38,775 nt of DNA from the IMG/VR virus record IMGVR_UViG_3300048848_000233, positions 1 through 38,775 of that record. The stretch is one strand, 5' to 3'. The stretch is from a virus (Duplodnaviria; Caudoviricetes). The notes below the pieces were generated by a model that was not told where the DNA came from, searched no databases, and saw only the letters and a list, made by a program, of their open reading frames with translations. Shown piece after piece: positions 35,747-38,775 of the stretch (its first letter is position 1; every line of letters starts with the position of its first letter). The translations under genes and the position numbers were made by a program.

Positions 35747-36457
35747 ATGACCTGCTCGGTCGAGGAGTGCGATCGGAAGGTCTTCTGCAAGCAGTTGTGC
35801 AACCCGCACTATCAGCGGGCTCGACGTCACGGCGGAGATCCACTCGGCGGCACTCACCATCATCGGCCCCGAATCCCTTCCGAGAAGCAATGTTCGGAGC
35901 CGGACTGCACCAAGATGGTCCGAGGCCGAGGTCTCTGCGGAGCGCACTACTTCCATGTGAGGAAGAACGGCCAGCTCGACCAGTATCCGCTGACCCGTCG
36001 GACTGGTGAGTGCACGGTGGCGGACTGCTACGGCAAGCGATACGGACACGGCTTGTGTGCCAAGCACTTCATGCGGGCGAAGCGCAACGGCACCCTAGAT
36101 CAGTATTCCCGAGACGACATCGTGTCCGAGGAGCCGGATCGTGGCCGTCCACAACGAGATCCGATCTGCACCGAGGACGCTTGCAACAGTCCGCACCAGG
36201 CCCGTGGGCTCTGCCAGTTCCATTACAACGGCAAGCACCATCAGAGCCGGAAGAGCCTCGGTCTGGCACGTCCACGGCAGCCGAGGGCAGCGAGTTCGGT
36301 TCCGCTAGACGACCAGTGTCTTGGACCTGACTGTGACAGAAGGCAAGTCGATCACGGCTTGTGCCGAGTCCATCTCAATAAGGTGCAACGTCTCGATGCC
36401 CTCGACGACTGGATCGACCTGCAATCAACGCTGATCGCCAGTTCCGACAGCGCATAG
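35747..36457 (+). CDS. Protein with five Cys3His zinc-finger-like repeats
   Basis: Five Cx4Cx9Cx2H units. Confidence 0.8.
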   Translation: MTCSVEECDRKVFCKQLCNPHYQRARRHGGDPLGGTHHHRPRIPSEKQCSEPDCTKMVRGRGLCGAHYFHVRKNGQLDQYPLTRRTGECTVADCYGKRYGHGLCAKHFMRAKRNGTLDQYSRDDIVSEEPDRGRPQRDPICTEDACNSPHQARGLCQFHYNGKHHQSRKSLGLARPRQPRAASSVPLDDQCLGPDCDRRQVDHGLCRVHLNKVQRLDALDDWIDLQSTLIASSDSA

Positions 36458-36470
36458 GACGGAGGGCCAA

Positions 36471-36746
36471 GTGGCTCTGTGCAAGATCTCGATGGGTATC
36501 GACTGGGACCTCGAAGACAAGTCCCGTCGCATCTTGGTTCAAGACCGGAAGAGTCGGGGTCTGGTTGGCCCCAAGGTGAACTCCGAGGAGTACCCCTGGC
36601 TGACGCCCGAACAGCTGAAACATCGTGAGAACCACGAGATCGGCAACTCAACTGGCTTCCCGGACCCAGAGCTGTTCTCCGGCACCTTCATCCGTGCCTT
36701 CAACCCTTTGTTCGGCAAGCGACGCCCGGGCAAGAACGACGACTGA
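36471..36746 (+). CDS. Hypothetical protein
   Basis: GGAGG SD before GTG. Confidence 0.6.
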   Translation: MALCKISMGIDWDLEDKSRRILVQDRKSRGLVGPKVNSEEYPWLTPEQLKHRENHEIGNSTGFPDPELFSGTFIRAFNPLFGKRRPGKNDD

Positions 36747-36767
36747 TGAGAAGGACCGGGGCGACTG

Positions 36768-37064
36768 ATGAAGAACCCGCTGGCCAACGTGAAGCCCATG
36801 AACATCGGCATCACACTGCTGACTGGACTATGGGCACTGTTCCAGTGGCGAGACCCAACACCACCGCCTGTACTCGACCAGATCCTTGTCGCCGCAATGG
36901 GTGTCTGGTTCGCCAACCAGGCGATCGACCGTAAAGCCAAGGGGTCAGCTCGACGCAAGGTCACCGTCGACAAAGACGGCAATGTCTCGGTCTCCGAGAT
37001 CCCAGACGACGAAGCCGATGACGCCGACGCCACCGACTCCACGAAGGACAAGGACAGCGGCTGA
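36768..37064 (+). CDS. Two-TM holin-like protein
   Basis: Two hydrophobic helices then a basic and acidic tail; position after the tail genes. Confidence 0.6.
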   Translation: MKNPLANVKPMNIGITLLTGLWALFQWRDPTPPPVLDQILVAAMGVWFANQAIDRKAKGSARRKVTVDKDGNVSVSEIPDDEADDADATDSTKDKDSG

Positions 37065-37615
37065 TGGACATCATCATGGACCTGATCGAAGGCTTTTTCA
37101 CATGGCAGACCCCACTGAGCTTCATGGCCGGTGTGGGCGCACATCACCTTTACGCCAAGTACATCCGTGACCGAGAGGGTCCACACATGCTCACCAAGAA
37201 GACTGACGGCACCTACCGATACAGCACCAGGTTCTGGGTCATCTGCGCAGTCAGCGCCATGATGTTCGGCTTCATCGGCTGGCGGACTCAGGACACCGCC
37301 GACCGCGTGGAAGACCAGGTGAACTTCACCACCGCCTACGGCTTCCAGACCAACGACTGCCTCAACCAACTGATCTCGGTGCTGACGACCCGGGTCGGCT
37401 ACAACGAGGAGATCGCAAAACTCGACGCCCGTCGGCAGCAGATCTGGGAGCAGCTGGTCACCGATCTGGCTGACAGCGAAGGCAATACCTCACTCAACCG
37501 AGGAGCCCTCGACCGGTTCTTCGAAGCAAACGAGGGCATCAAGTCCGACCAGGCCAAGATCGCCCAGCAGCGGGAGAAGAACCAGTATCCGGATTGCAGT
37601 CAGGATCTGCCGTGA
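37064..37615 (+). CDS. Membrane protein of the lysis cassette type (TM plus coiled coil)
   Basis: TGATG coupling; TM segments then a helical domain with a Cys pair and a YPDC end. Confidence 0.65.
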   Translation: MDIIMDLIEGFFTWQTPLSFMAGVGAHHLYAKYIRDREGPHMLTKKTDGTYRYSTRFWVICAVSAMMFGFIGWRTQDTADRVEDQVNFTTAYGFQTNDCLNQLISVLTTRVGYNEEIAKLDARRQQIWEQLVTDLADSEGNTSLNRGALDRFFEANEGIKSDQAKIAQQREKNQYPDCSQDLP

Positions 37616-37649
37616 TGTGTACCGCGCAGCGGGAGTGAGCTTGCTTGCC

Positions 37650-38375
37650 TCACCTCTTGCGCGCCTTCTTGGCGGCCTGGTCTTCTTCGCGCTGTTGCAT
37701 CAGTTCTTCAACTTGCCTCTTGAAGCGCTCTCGATCCGCCACGATCTGGTCCCAGGTTTCCTGGCCGAAGTTCGAGATGATGTGATCTTTCCTCTCGTCG
37801 ACAAGGCGCTGTGTCTCAACATCCTTCGCGATAAGGTCCTCAAGTTCTTTCCATAGTCCTTCCTTCTCTCGCGCCAGTTTCGCGCTCTTCAACTTGGCTA
37901 CTATCAGGCGAACACTTACATCCACCAGCTGCCAGCCAGTGCGCAAAACCTGGAAGATGAACCGAAGGATGTCGAAGACCATTCTGATCACAAAGAGCGC
38001 AATGAGAAGCCAGAGCGTCCAGTAGGTCGCGTCGAGAAGCGATCTCAGGTCGAGTCTTTCCTGTTCCGGGCGGAGATAACTCAAGCCGTAGACCGCGAGG
38101 AGCAACGACATAAACACTGTCGAGAACAAGAGCCTCGGTGCTGACTGAGCACGGCGTTCCTCGCGCGAGACGATTTGGTCAATGCGTCGAGAGATGTGCT
38201 GATTCAGCCGCTTCGCCTCCTCAGAGTCGGAGTGAAGCCTCTGCACGATGGCAATGTCTCGGTCGAGGTTCGTGCGCTGGTCGTTAGCTTCTGTCCGCCT
38301 AATCAGATATGTGCCCAACACCTGGAGGCCGACTGCTGCGGCGGCAACGAGAGCCACTACGATCTCCGTACTCAT
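37650..38375 (-). CDS. Three-TM plus coiled-coil membrane protein (moron)
   Basis: TTGGCG-16 nt-TATTGT 6 nt before ATG; visibly AT-richer than flanks. Confidence 0.75.
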   Translation of the reverse strand: MSTEIVVALVAAAAVGLQVLGTYLIRRTEANDQRTNLDRDIAIVQRLHSDSEEAKRLNQHISRRIDQIVSREERRAQSAPRLLFSTVFMSLLLAVYGLSYLRPEQERLDLRSLLDATYWTLWLLIALFVIRMVFDILRFIFQVLRTGWQLVDVSVRLIVAKLKSAKLAREKEGLWKELEDLIAKDVETQRLVDERKDHIISNFGQETWDQIVADRERFKRQVEELMQQREEDQAAKKARKR

Positions 38376-38454
38376 TGCTTGACAATAAGCCGGAGTCCCG
38401 GCTCGCCAAACTCTTCCCCTCTGTCCGAAGGACGGGTGTTCACCCCGAACACGA

Positions 38455-38488
38455 AGAAGCCCACCTGGCCGTAACCAGGTGGGCTTCT
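38455..38488. terminator. Terminator hairpin (serves the minus-strand 38503 gene)
   Basis: Perfect 14-bp stem AGAAGCCCACCTGG/CCAGGTGGGCTTCT. Confidence 0.75.
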
Positions 38489-38502
38489 CATACGTTGTGG
38501 GG

Positions 38503-38775
38503 TCAGTCGCCGGAAACCTGAACGGTGTCGTGGCTGACCCGCACCACTGCGACGCCAGCAGTCACCAGCGTCGCCTGCACAGCGTCAGCACGAGCCTTCG
38601 CCGCGCTGGGGCGCTTGTAGTTCGCCGCGACGAACAGGTGCGCACCCTCGGCGTCGGACTGGGTGAGCCAGACGCCGCGATCGTCGCCGATCACGCCGTT
38701 CGGTCCGGACCGGACTCCCATACCCGCCTTGGCGAGATGAGGACCGAGATCGAAGAACGCAGACACAAGACTCAT
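38503..38775 (-). CDS. Hypothetical protein (start at the window edge)
   Basis: 90-aa ORF followed by a terminator. Confidence 0.55.
   Translation of the reverse strand: MSLVSAFFDLGPHLAKAGMGVRSGPNGVIGDDRGVWLTQSDAEGAHLFVAANYKRPSAAKARADAVQATLVTAGVAVVRVSHDTVQVSGD

Larger units (their letters stand above)
119..38775 (+). mobile_element. Temperate siphovirus prophage (left end at the tRNA; right end not seen)
   Basis: tRNA-integrase junction followed by replication, packaging, head, tail and holin-like modules in prophage-permuted order; no second copy of the tRNA 3' end found. Confidence 0.93.

Noticed and set aside
38376-38775. attR near the right edge
   Set aside because: No copy of the tRNA-Ala 3' sequence (TTCGATTCCCCTTAGCTCCAC) was found by eye

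Overview
A GC-rich actinobacterial (probably Mycobacterium/Mycolicibacterium-like) siphoviral prophage integrated at the 3' end of tRNA-Ala(CGC) at 46-118. The order is: tyrosine integrase, a compact early region (Rv1584c-like protein, HTH excisionase, NUMOD4/HNH, a lambda-O-like initiator with internal iterons), a degenerate tRNA and SigA-like promoter, a glycosyltransferase, a packaging HNH and Cys/His-rich mini-ORFs. Next come a putative cos region with an exact 100-bp tandem duplication, complete head and tail modules and holin-like membrane genes. Several oppositely oriented or leaderless moron genes are inserted. I found no attR, immunity repressor or endolysin in the window. The most unusual signals are four. 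(1) The tail-chaperone frameshift appears replaced by a G gene plus an in-frame G-T fusion, behind an RNA element that can pair with the G ribosome-binding site. (2) A structured RNA leader lies between int and the early genes. (3) An early gene carries a tail-tube-like segment. (4) A five-repeat Cys3His protein sits where an endolysin would be expected. All family assignments come from motif recognition and synteny, not database searches.
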